NCBI GenBank assembly: GCA_963710755.1
Contig: CAVQBK010000003.1
Span: 821,211-885,210, forward strand
Length of the DNA stretch: 64,000 nucleotides
Source: an uncultured bacterium
GTDB taxonomy: Bacteria > Oederibacteriota > JAAXVQ01 > JAUVAV01
Direction of reading: 5' to 3'
Below are positions 10,276 to 19,324 of the stretch, one piece after another. Each line of letters opens with the position of its first letter. The stretch's first letter is position 1. The translations under genes and the position numbers were made by a program. The notes beneath the pieces were generated by a model. The model was not told the DNA's origin. It was given only the letters and a program-made list of their open reading frames with translations, and made no database searches.

Positions 10276-10304
10276 TTGACAGGGGTCGCGAGAAGTGCTA
10301 TTCA
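10276..10304 (+). promoter_or_regulatory. Candidate promoter TTGACA-N17-TATTCA upstream of aroC
   Basis: Consensus -35 TTGACA at 10276-10281, 17-nt spacer, then a 4-of-6 match -10 TATTCA. Lies in the pilQ-aroC gap. Confidence 0.3.
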
Positions 10305-10441
10305 TGTTGGGGCAAGGGCTTGTCCCTTCCTACCTGGGTTGGCTATTCAAAGCGTTACAGCAACGAAGGGCCATCTGTACTAAACCTTGTTCCATTCTAC
10401 TTCAACACAAATACCATCTTAATGAAAGAGGAATAATATCC

Positions 10442-11605
10442 ATGTTCAGACTGCTTACGGCTGGGGAATCCCATGGGCCGGCGTTATCGGTGATCATTGA
10501 AGGCCTGCCGGCAGGTCTGGCGTTTACAACAGACCGCATCAACCGGGAACTGGCGCGCCGTCAGGTGGGTTATGGCCGCGGCGGCCGGATGAAGATCGAG
10601 ACCGACCAGGTGGAGATCATGGCCGGCGTTCGTCACGGCGAGACCCTGGGATCGCCGGTGAGCCTCTTGATCCACAACCGTGACTGGAAAAATTGGACCG
10701 AGGTTATGGCAGTGGAAACCAAACCAGCTCCGGGCAAAGTGAGGCCTATCGTCAGACCCCGACCGGGGCATGCGGATTTGGTGGGCGTACTCAAATATGA
10801 CCGGCGGGATATTCGCGATATTCTGGAGCGGGCTTCAGCCCGGGAAACCGCTGCCCGCGTGGCGGCCGGGGCCTGCGCAAAAATCATGCTGGAAGCTTTT
10901 GACGTGACTGTGGGCTCGTGGGTCGAGTCCATTGGTACTGTTAGCATGCGTTATGACCAGCGCACACCCCGGCAATTGGCTCAAGCAGCGGAAAAGTCCG
11001 ATGTCCGTTGTCCTGACCCCCGGGCTGCTAAAAAAATGCACCAGGCCATTGATCAGGTAATTGCAGCCGGAGACACATTGGGTGGCGTCTTTGTCGTAAC
11101 GGCTTTGGGGCTGCCGCCGGGATTGGGCAGCCATGTACACTGGGATCGCAAACTGGACATGCGCTTGGCCAGTGCGGTCATGAGCATTCAGGCCATTAAA
11201 GGCGTAGCTATTGGCCTGGGCTTTGAGGCTGCGTCGCTGACAGGCGCGCAAGTGCATGATGTCATCACCTACCGGGCAGGCAAAGGTTATGGACGTAAAA
11301 CCAATCATGCCGGCGGGTTGGAAGGGGGCATGACGACTGGCGAACCTTTGCTGGTCAAGGGGGCGATGAAACCCATTGCCACTCTTAAACAGCCGCTGCG
11401 CAGTGTGGATATGACCACTAAAAAATCTCTGGAAGCCGGCTACGAGCGTTCCGATCATTGTGCGGTGCCGGCCGCAGGGGTGGTGGGCGAGGCCATGGTG
11501 GCCATGGAATTGGCCAAAGCGTGGCAGGAAAAATTCGGCGGCGATGCCCTTAAGGAAATGACCGCCAATTGGAAAGCTTATCTCAAACAGGTGACCAAAC
11601 GATGA
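10442..11605 (+). CDS. aroC: Chorismate synthase AroC
   Basis: 'MFRLLTAGESHGPALSVIIEGLPAGL' N-terminus and conserved 'RPGHAD', 'GRSSARETA' blocks. AAAGAGGAA ribosome-binding site. The 6-frame ORF extends upstream to 10295, but homology begins at 10442. Confidence 0.9.
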   Translation: MFRLLTAGESHGPALSVIIEGLPAGLAFTTDRINRELARRQVGYGRGGRMKIETDQVEIMAGVRHGETLGSPVSLLIHNRDWKNWTEVMAVETKPAPGKVRPIVRPRPGHADLVGVLKYDRRDIRDILERASARETAARVAAGACAKIMLEAFDVTVGSWVESIGTVSMRYDQRTPRQLAQAAEKSDVRCPDPRAAKKMHQAIDQVIAAGDTLGGVFVVTALGLPPGLGSHVHWDRKLDMRLASAVMSIQAIKGVAIGLGFEAASLTGAQVHDVITYRAGKGYGRKTNHAGGLEGGMTTGEPLLVKGAMKPIATLKQPLRSVDMTTKKSLEAGYERSDHCAVPAAGVVGEAMVAMELAKAWQEKFGGDALKEMTANWKAYLKQVTKR

Positions 11606-12132
11606 GAGCGATATTACTGGTGGGGTTTATGGGCACTGGCAAATCAGTGGTGAGCCAAGCTTTGGCCAAGTTGTTCAAGACTCAAGCCCAAGATACGGAC
11701 GACCTGATTGCGGATCAGGCGGGCAAAACCATTTCCGATATTTTTGAACAGGACGGAGAAGAACGTTTCCGGCAATGGGAGACAGAAGTGCTTACGCAAC
11801 TGACTCAAACCGGAACAGCGGGCATGGTCATTGCCACCGGCGGGGGCATTGTGTTGAAGGATGAAAATTGGACTTTGATGAAAAAAATTGGCTGGGTGAT
11901 AGGACTGACGGCAGCGCCGGAAGTGATTTTGGAACGGGTAGGCACCGGCCGGGGCCGGCCGCTCTTAACGGGCAGCAAGGAAGACGTGCGTCAGCGTATT
12001 GATCATTTACTGCAAGCGCGTGCACAGGCTTATGCCAAAGCCGATTGGACCTGTGCTACGGACCAACTGTCACCGGAGGCAGTGGCTGCGGCCATTAAAC
12101 AATGGTGCGCGCACCAGACCTCGAAGGCTTGA
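11602..12132 (+). CDS. aroK: Shikimate kinase AroK
   Basis: P-loop 'GFMGTGKSVVSQALA' and ~176 aa length. ATGA overlap with the aroC stop codon. Confidence 0.85.
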   Translation: MRAILLVGFMGTGKSVVSQALAKLFKTQAQDTDDLIADQAGKTISDIFEQDGEERFRQWETEVLTQLTQTGTAGMVIATGGGIVLKDENWTLMKKIGWVIGLTAAPEVILERVGTGRGRPLLTGSKEDVRQRIDHLLQARAQAYAKADWTCATDQLSPEAVAAAIKQWCAHQTSKA

Positions 12133-12201
12133 GTCCGGGCTGAACATAAAGAACAGGCCACAACTCCCCGTCTATGAGTCGGGGCAATTTAATATTCAGG
12201 A

Positions 12202-13116
12202 ATGGATGTGAATGCGATGATTAAAACCTTTCAAGAATTAGTGGAAAGAGCCAAGGGCTGTCACCGGACTATCTCCGTGGCGGTGCCGGAAACCAAGGAG
12301 ATTATGCTGGCGCTTAACAAAGCTTACTACGAAGGCGTGGCGGAAATTGTCATGGCCGGCGACAAAGAAAAAATAGATGCCCTGCGCCTGGAACTTAACC
12401 TCGATTTTCCCATCAAGACGCTGGTTGATGCCAAGGATGAAAAAACAGCGGCCTATGAAGCGGTACGCTTGATTTCCGAGGGACAGGCACAATTGTTGAT
12501 GAAAGGCAATCTTAAAACCAGTACCATCTTGTCCGCGCTCCTGAATAAAGATTTTGGTTTGCGCACGGACCGGCTTATTTCACATGTGTTCATTCTGGAG
12601 AGCAAGGTATGCGGCCGCCTGTTGTACATCAGCGATTCAGCTGTGAACATCGCTCCTGATTTAAATCAAAAAGCCCAAATCCTGCAAAATGCCATTGATT
12701 TTCTCCATGCTCTGGATTATGAGCAGCCCAAAGCCGCAGCACTGGCAGCCGTGGAATACGTTAATGACAAGATGCCGGCCACCGTGGAAGCGGAACGCTT
12801 GCAAATCATGGCCCAAAAAGGGGAGATTACCGGTGCCCTGGTGAGCGGACCTCTGGCCCTGGATGATGCCTTGTCCCCCTGGGTATGCCGGGAAAAGGGT
12901 GTGGAGGGACCGGTGCAGGGAGATGCCGATATTCTGTTGGTTCCTGATATTGAAGCAGGCAACATGCTTTCCAAATCCCAAACGTTTTTGGCCAATGAAC
13001 CGCTGGCCGGTGTGGCTATTGGCGCCAAGGTGCCCATGGTTTTAAATTCCCGCGCCGACACCGTGGACAACCGGTTTTATGCCATTGCCGTGGCCTGTCT
13101 GGCTTCCAAAAAGTAA
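12202..13116 (+). CDS. Phosphate acetyl/butyryl-transferase family protein (Ptb-like)
   Basis: ~300-aa short form with the Pta/Ptb C-terminal motifs 'SRADTVDNR' and 'VSGPLALDDA'. No adjacent acyl-kinase gene. Confidence 0.7.
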   Translation: MDVNAMIKTFQELVERAKGCHRTISVAVPETKEIMLALNKAYYEGVAEIVMAGDKEKIDALRLELNLDFPIKTLVDAKDEKTAAYEAVRLISEGQAQLLMKGNLKTSTILSALLNKDFGLRTDRLISHVFILESKVCGRLLYISDSAVNIAPDLNQKAQILQNAIDFLHALDYEQPKAAALAAVEYVNDKMPATVEAERLQIMAQKGEITGALVSGPLALDDALSPWVCREKGVEGPVQGDADILLVPDIEAGNMLSKSQTFLANEPLAGVAIGAKVPMVLNSRADTVDNRFYAIAVACLASKK

Positions 13117-13291
13117 AGCTATAAACGAGAACCTTGGGCATTAAATTGCAAAAGTAAACGTCACAAGTAGAGCGTCGAACGGCGTCAAGCTGTTATTTCT
13201 AGGTTTTGCTACTTGTGCCGTTGTTGGCGGGATCAATGCTCAAATGTTCGGGAGCGTACGCTACTAACTGCTCGAGCTCCAGGGAGGGGCC

Positions 13292-14413
13292 ATGAGGCTG
13301 GGGCAAGTTAAATACTGGGTCGTTAACCTATGGCTGTTGCTACTGTTTTTTGCCATGCCTTTGCTGGGCACGGTCATGCACGGCCACAGCCTTGGTGCTT
13401 ACCTCGTTTTTCCCTTTAAGGCGCGACGCATCGATCACCATGGCTTCTCCTGGATGGTTTTTATCCTGCTGGCGGCTGTGGTCCTGGTGCCGGTGGTCCT
13501 GGTACAAAGCCGCATCTGGCGAACGCCCAAAAAGCATGTTAGTCACCTGTCACCGGTCTATCCCTGGCCTTGGTGGGGTACAGTGGGTATATTGATGTTG
13601 GGGCTAAGCTGGTTCTTAGCCTGGACACGGCAGCTTTGGTTTGAATGGGGCCAGTTATTTACCTTTTTCCCCCTCTGGTTTTCCTTTATTCTTGTGCTCA
13701 ATGCGCTCACTTATCGGCGCAGTGGGCGATGTCTGTTGATGACCCAGCCTAAGCGGCTGCTTGGGCTCTTTGGTGCCAGTGCGCTGTTTTGGTGGGGATT
13801 TGAATACTTAAATCAATTCGTGGACAACTGGCATTACCTGGGATTGATTCATCTGCCGGATTTGGTCTATGGTCTGAATGCCACCTTGTGCTTTTCCACA
13901 GTATTGCCGGCAGTCGCCAGTACCCGCAACTGGCTGGCCACCTTTCCTCATTTGGGTCGTGGTCTGAATAATGCCTGGAAGGTTACACTGCATCATCCCC
14001 GGCTGTGGGCCTGTTTAGGCCTGGGGTGGAGTTATTTAGGCATGGTGGGATTGGCCCTATGGCCTGACTATCTTTTTCCTTTGTTATGGCTGGCACCAGC
14101 CGGGGCGATGATGAGTTTGCAGGTTTTGCGGCGCCGTTCCAGCTGGTGGACCGATGTGAAAAAAGGGCATTGGCGCGAACTTTACTTATGGGCTGTGGCC
14201 GCTTTGGGATGCGGCTTTCTTTGGGAACTCTGGAATAGTTTGAGTCTGGCTAAATGGGTTTATACGGTGCCTTGGGTGGATCGCTATCATCTTTTTGAAA
14301 TGCCTTTGTTGGGTTATGCGGGGTATTTATTTTTCGGTCTTGAATGTGCCTTGGTGATCTATGCTTTATGGCCACCGTCAGCAGGCAAGATTGGCCAGGA
14401 CAGCAGCAACTAA
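13292..14413 (+). CDS. Trp-rich polytopic integral membrane protein, function unknown
   Basis: Eight or more hydrophobic segments. Unusually high Trp content with many WxxW and WW pairs. No recognizable catalytic motif. Confidence 0.5.
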   Translation: MRLGQVKYWVVNLWLLLLFFAMPLLGTVMHGHSLGAYLVFPFKARRIDHHGFSWMVFILLAAVVLVPVVLVQSRIWRTPKKHVSHLSPVYPWPWWGTVGILMLGLSWFLAWTRQLWFEWGQLFTFFPLWFSFILVLNALTYRRSGRCLLMTQPKRLLGLFGASALFWWGFEYLNQFVDNWHYLGLIHLPDLVYGLNATLCFSTVLPAVASTRNWLATFPHLGRGLNNAWKVTLHHPRLWACLGLGWSYLGMVGLALWPDYLFPLLWLAPAGAMMSLQVLRRRSSWWTDVKKGHWRELYLWAVAALGCGFLWELWNSLSLAKWVYTVPWVDRYHLFEMPLLGYAGYLFFGLECALVIYALWPPSAGKIGQDSSN

Positions 14414-14456
14414 AGGGAATGCTTGTGACGCAGCCAACTGCCCTAGGAGGTGGACC

Positions 14457-15017
14457 ATGTTTAAACCGCCCATCGTTGGAGTGATCCTTATGCTGGCCCT
14501 ATGGTTGACCGCGGTGGTCACTCAAGCCAAACTTAAAACTACCCATTCGGACCATTTGGTCAAGGAGGTCAGCACCATGCATCTTACCAGCAAAGCTTTT
14601 CAAGAAGGAGCATTTATTCCCCTGCGTTATACCTGTGATGGTCAGGACATCTCACCGCCTCTGCAATGGAGTCAAGTGCCTACGGAGGCGAAAAGCCTGG
14701 TCCTGATCTGTGATGATCCTGATGCCCCCATGGGCACCTGGGTCCACTGGATTGTGGTGGACCTGCCACCTGACAGCAAGGGATTGGCCGAAGGGGAGCC
14801 TGTGCCCAAACCGGCCCGGGAACTTAAAAACAGTTCCGGCCGCATAACCTATGGCGGCCCTTGTCCGCCTCACGGCATACACCGGTACTTTTTTAAACTT
14901 TACGCTCTGGATGTGCCGACGCTGGAAAAAGTCACACCGCAAACATTGCCGGCTCTGCTTCAGGAGCATACACTGGCGGAAGTGCACTTGATGGGCCGCT
15001 ATCAACGGCAACAGTAA
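14457..15017 (+). CDS. YbhB/YbcL-family PEBP (Raf-kinase-inhibitor-like) protein, secreted
   Basis: 'DPDAP.GTWVHW', 'GY.GPCPP.G.HRY' and 'YALD' PEBP motifs. GGAGG ribosome-binding site 6 nt before the ATG at 14457, followed by a signal peptide. The upstream part of the ORF (from 14361) overlaps the previous gene. Confidence 0.75.
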   Translation: MFKPPIVGVILMLALWLTAVVTQAKLKTTHSDHLVKEVSTMHLTSKAFQEGAFIPLRYTCDGQDISPPLQWSQVPTEAKSLVLICDDPDAPMGTWVHWIVVDLPPDSKGLAEGEPVPKPARELKNSSGRITYGGPCPPHGIHRYFFKLYALDVPTLEKVTPQTLPALLQEHTLAEVHLMGRYQRQQ

Positions 15018-15060
15018 ACCCGGCGGAAAACAGGTGGATTTCTTGCAGGATGGAGTAATC

Positions 15061-16269
15061 ATGACTACAGCAGTTGTGAATGATCAAGCCGCCCGGCAGC
15101 TGGGCAGAGGCCAGGTTTGGATTTATCAAAATCAGGTGCTTCAATGGCAAGGCCAGCCGGCACCGGGCGAACTGGTCAAAATAACCAATGCCCAAGCGCA
15201 ATGTCTGGGTTATGGCTATGCCAATTTAACCTCCGTTATTGTCCTGCGCAGGCTTTATTCCTCTGCCTGCGGTCAACGCTATCACGACCACATTGATGAA
15301 GCGCTGGAGTTAGGACGTAAATTGGATCGGGCGCGTTCGTGGCGGCAAAAATACTCCTGGGACAGCGATGCCCTCCGTCTGGTCTGGTCGGAAGCCGACG
15401 GCCTGCCGGGGTTGATCATCGATCAATACGGCCAAGTGGTGGTCATGCAATGCCTGACCGCCGGCATGGAGCTTCGAAAACCGTGGCTGTTGGAGTGGGT
15501 GAAGAAAAAACTACAGCCCCAAGGAGTATATGAACGCAGTGATATGCCGGTGCGCGGTCAGGAAGACCTGGACCTAAAGCAGGGCTGGTTATGGCGGCAA
15601 GACGAAAAGCAGTCCCTTTCTGAAGAGGTGATCATTCATGAAGGTCCGGCTCAATACTCGGTTAATGTGGCCCTGGGGCACAAAACCGGCTTTTATCTGG
15701 ATCAGCGCGCTTCCCGTCGTCATCTGCGCCAACAATCCGGTCTGGGAGAAGTTCTGGACTGTTTTGCCAACACCGGCGGTTTTACCATGGCGGCCTTGGC
15801 CGGCGATGCCCGTCAGGTCACGGCTGTGGAACAATCGCAGGAAGCACTCCGGCAGCTGGAACGCAATACCATACTCAATCATGGTCATGGTCGGGTGAAC
15901 ATTCTGGCCGAGGATGTTTTTCGGATATTGCCGGAGCTTTTAGCCCAGGGCCGGGCCTATGATACCGTCATTCTTGATCCACCGCCTTTTGCCAAAAATC
16001 AGCGCGCCGTGGCTGGTGCCCAAAAAGGCTATTTGGAACTGCATCGCATGGCGCTGCGGCTGCTCAAGCCCAAAGGGTTTTTAATGACCTGCAACTGTTC
16101 TCACCATATTTCTGGGCAGCAGTTCAAAGCTTTGGTGGTGGCCGCAGCCAGGCGACTGCGCCGGGCTGTGCACATAACGGCTCAATTTGGACCGGATCAA
16201 GATCACCCCGTGAAGAGTCAACTGCCACAATCAGCTTATTTAACCACCCTTTGCGCTCGCGTGGATTAA
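15061..16269 (+). CDS. Class I SAM-dependent rRNA methyltransferase, RlmI-like (PUA + methyltransferase)
   Basis: SAM motif 'VLDCFANTGGFTMAA', 'VTAVEQS' and the RlmI-like domain order. The ATG at 15061 follows a GGATGGAG ribosome-binding site. Confidence 0.65.
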   Translation: MTTAVVNDQAARQLGRGQVWIYQNQVLQWQGQPAPGELVKITNAQAQCLGYGYANLTSVIVLRRLYSSACGQRYHDHIDEALELGRKLDRARSWRQKYSWDSDALRLVWSEADGLPGLIIDQYGQVVVMQCLTAGMELRKPWLLEWVKKKLQPQGVYERSDMPVRGQEDLDLKQGWLWRQDEKQSLSEEVIIHEGPAQYSVNVALGHKTGFYLDQRASRRHLRQQSGLGEVLDCFANTGGFTMAALAGDARQVTAVEQSQEALRQLERNTILNHGHGRVNILAEDVFRILPELLAQGRAYDTVILDPPPFAKNQRAVAGAQKGYLELHRMALRLLKPKGFLMTCNCSHHISGQQFKALVVAAARRLRRAVHITAQFGPDQDHPVKSQLPQSAYLTTLCARVD

Positions 16270-16474
16270 AAAAAATATTAGGTAATGGACCGAGGGCACC
16301 GATAATCACCCTGTGGAATAATAGGGCTGATTCTGGCCAACATTGATGGTCGCCCAAAAAAATGGGCCAAAAGGAGCAATTAAAAAGGGTATTGCAGTGC
16401 CCTGCTTTTCCTGTTACCATCAATGACTAAATTGTGCATTGCCAATACCATGACCACGACCCACTAGGTGCCTT

Positions 16475-18511
16475 ATGGATACATTAGAATATAAAGATTT
16501 GTTTATCAGCGAGTCTTTGGAACACTTGGATCAGCTTAACCAAGCCCTGCTGGCACTGGAAAAAGACCCTCAAAATCCCAATGCCCTCAATGAAATCTTT
16601 AGAACTTCCCATACCCTCAAAGGCATGGCCGCCACCATGGGCTTTGATCAAATTACCGAATTAACCCATCAAATGGAAAATATTCTGGACAAAATGCGTA
16701 GCAATGAACAGGAAGTCACCACAGACGTCATTGATATCCTGTTTGAATGCCTCGATGCCTTGGGGTTACTGATTGAAGAAATCTCCAGCGCTGATCCCAA
16801 ACATTTGGATTTGAGTTTGCTGCTGGGGAAATTAAATGATCTGGAGCATCAAAAACACGATGCCAGCAAACCGGTCGTAAAAAAGATAACAGCCGGCCAA
16901 GAGGAAACGTCTCAAGGCCAAGTGGTGGAGCAGGAAGTCACCAAGGATCATCTGGAAGATTTATTGACCCACGCCGCCCAGGAAAATTATGTCACTTATG
17001 GCATTACCGTGCAGGTGGAAGAGAGCTGTACCTTCAAGGGGGTGCGTGCCTTCATGGTGTATAAAGCTCTTTCCGAACAAGGTGAAATCATTGCCAGTAT
17101 TCCGGCACCGGAAATATTGCAGGAAGGCGAGTTCGGTCTGGAATTCATCCTGGTATTGCTCTCCAAGCGGGCCAAAACCTTCATTGAACGGGCCATCAAA
17201 AACGTGGCTGAAATCGCCTCCTTTGCCGTAGAAGTACTTTCTGAAGAAAATTTGGAAGGCTTCCTCGAAGAAAAACAGGCCGACGGCCGCATGCTGGTAA
17301 GCAACGCGATAGCCAAGGAGGATGTGCAGCCCAAACAACAGGCCCAGCAGAAAAATGTTAACCGTATTTTGCAGAGCATTCGGGTCAGCATCGAACGGCT
17401 GGACAATCTGCAAAATCTGGTGGGCGAATTGATCATCAACAAAATCCGCTTAATGCAATTATCCAAGCAATTTGATTTGGGCGAGCTTAAAGAAGCCCTG
17501 GCCCAGTTTGACCGCATTACCAACGAATTACAGGATGAAGTGACGGAAGTGCGCATGGTGCCCATGGAGCATATTTTCAACCGTTTTCCACGCATGGTGC
17601 GCGATCTGGCCAAGGAGAATGGCAAGGAAATCGAGTTGGTCATGGAAGGCAAGGACATTGAGCTGGATCGCACGGTGCTCGACGAAATTCACGATCCCCT
17701 GGTACACCTGCTGCGCAATTCCATTGACCATGGCATTGAGCCGCCTGATGAACGGCTGGCTATGCATAAGGCGCGGGTGGGTCAGATCCGGTTGGTGGCG
17801 ACCAGGGAAAAAAATCATGTCATCATCAAAGTTTATGATAACGGCCGGGGTATTGATTCGGCCAGGATCAAGCAATTGGCGTTGGAACGGGGATTGATCA
17901 GTCGCGATGAAGCGGAACGGATGAACGACCAGGAGGCCATCAACCTGGTGGCATTGCCCGGCTTTACCACGGCCACTAAAGTTACTGAGATCAGCGGCCG
18001 CGGGGTGGGGGTAGACGCGGTGCGTACCAAGATCGAATCTTTTGGCGGTAATTTGAGCATAGAAAGCGAGGTCGGCAAGGGCAGCACCTTTATTTTAAGG
18101 ATGCCCATGACGCTGGCGATCATCCAGGCACTGCTTTTTAGAACCAAAGAAGAAATTTACGCCATTCCGGTTATTAATACGGTGGAAACCATTGAATACA
18201 ATGACGAAGACATTAAATTGGTGCAGCAAGGAGAAGTGGTACTTTACCGCAACAGCGTGCTGCCCCTGGTCAGGTTACATCAGCTTCTGGAAGTCCCCGG
18301 ACCGGAGCATCAGGGCGAAGGCCGGGCGATTTTGATCACGGAAGTAGGCGACATGCGTGTTGGCCTGCTGGTGGATGAAGTGCTGGGGCAGCAGGAAATT
18401 GCCATCAAATCCCTGGGACAAATGCTCAAAGGCATCCGCGGCCTGTCAGGGGTCACAATTTTAGGCGACGGACGTATTGCTTTGGTGCTGGATGTACCGA
18501 GTTTGATTTAA
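16475..18511 (+). CDS. cheA: Chemotaxis histidine kinase CheA
   Basis: HPt phosphotransfer region 'FRTSHTLKGMAATMGF', dimerization region, HATPase_c 'DNGRGID…GRGVGVD…GKGSTF' and a C-terminal CheW-like domain. Confidence 0.9.
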   Translation: MDTLEYKDLFISESLEHLDQLNQALLALEKDPQNPNALNEIFRTSHTLKGMAATMGFDQITELTHQMENILDKMRSNEQEVTTDVIDILFECLDALGLLIEEISSADPKHLDLSLLLGKLNDLEHQKHDASKPVVKKITAGQEETSQGQVVEQEVTKDHLEDLLTHAAQENYVTYGITVQVEESCTFKGVRAFMVYKALSEQGEIIASIPAPEILQEGEFGLEFILVLLSKRAKTFIERAIKNVAEIASFAVEVLSEENLEGFLEEKQADGRMLVSNAIAKEDVQPKQQAQQKNVNRILQSIRVSIERLDNLQNLVGELIINKIRLMQLSKQFDLGELKEALAQFDRITNELQDEVTEVRMVPMEHIFNRFPRMVRDLAKENGKEIELVMEGKDIELDRTVLDEIHDPLVHLLRNSIDHGIEPPDERLAMHKARVGQIRLVATREKNHVIIKVYDNGRGIDSARIKQLALERGLISRDEAERMNDQEAINLVALPGFTTATKVTEISGRGVGVDAVRTKIESFGGNLSIESEVGKGSTFILRMPMTLAIIQALLFRTKEEIYAIPVINTVETIEYNDEDIKLVQQGEVVLYRNSVLPLVRLHQLLEVPGPEHQGEGRAILITEVGDMRVGLLVDEVLGQQEIAIKSLGQMLKGIRGLSGVTILGDGRIALVLDVPSLI

Positions 18512-18676
18512 ATGGGGAAAGCAAGGGAAACTATATTTTTAATTTCTAGAACAAAGGATTAACTCACGCAAAGGCGCAAGGTAAAGACCTTAAATATAAA
18601 TATTTATTAATTTCTTTGTGTCTTGGCACCTTAGTATGAGACAGCTTTTTTATTCCGGCATTGCCGGTTTAGGAAT

Positions 18677-19324
18677 ATGGCCGATGAGTTACGTCAGGAG
18701 GATGGAAAGTTGCCGGATATTCGGGCCTTAACCAAACTACAACTGGATGCCATTCGGGAAGTGGGCAATGTTGGTGCCGGTCATGCAGCCACGGCATTGT
18801 CCCAAATGATCGGAAAGAAGATTCTGATAACGGTGCCCAAAGTTTTATGCATGCCCATCGAGAAGACCAGCGACTTGGTGGGCGGCCCCAAGAACCTGGT
18901 GGCTGGCGTAACCATGCAGGTTTTGGGTGACGTGTCGGCCAAGATCGTACTCATGCTGCCGCGAAAAAGCGCATTGCAACTGGCCGGGCTGCTAACGCAA
19001 AATGACCTGGAAGAACATCAGCCCTTGTCGGCAATGGAACATTCTGCTATAAAAGAAGCAGGCAATATTCTGGCCGGCGCTTACCTCAACGCGCTTACCG
19101 AATTTTTAGGACTCATGCTGCTCCAGAGCGTGCCCCAACTGGTGTTTGACATTGCCGACGCCGTGGTCACGGAGATTGCCAAAGGTTATCCGCCCATGAC
19201 AGAGATCATCTGCATTGGCACCCAGTTCAGTGAATCGGAGAGTATTATGCAGGGCTTCCTGTTATTGATTCCTGATCAAGCATCTTTGGATGCAATCTTA
19301 AAGGCTACCCAAATAAATGCATGA
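18677..19324 (+). CDS. cheC: CheC-family chemotaxis phosphatase
   Basis: Two CheC-type repeats 'EVGNVGAGHAATALS' and 'EAGNILAGAYLNAL'. ~215 aa. Confidence 0.75.
   Translation: MADELRQEDGKLPDIRALTKLQLDAIREVGNVGAGHAATALSQMIGKKILITVPKVLCMPIEKTSDLVGGPKNLVAGVTMQVLGDVSAKIVLMLPRKSALQLAGLLTQNDLEEHQPLSAMEHSAIKEAGNILAGAYLNALTEFLGLMLLQSVPQLVFDIADAVVTEIAKGYPPMTEIICIGTQFSESESIMQGFLLLIPDQASLDAILKATQINA

Noticed and set aside
18595-18640. TGGCACCTTAGTATGA upstream of cheC, as a possible sigma-54 promoter
   Set aside because: The -12 element is TATG, not TTGC. The match is too weak.
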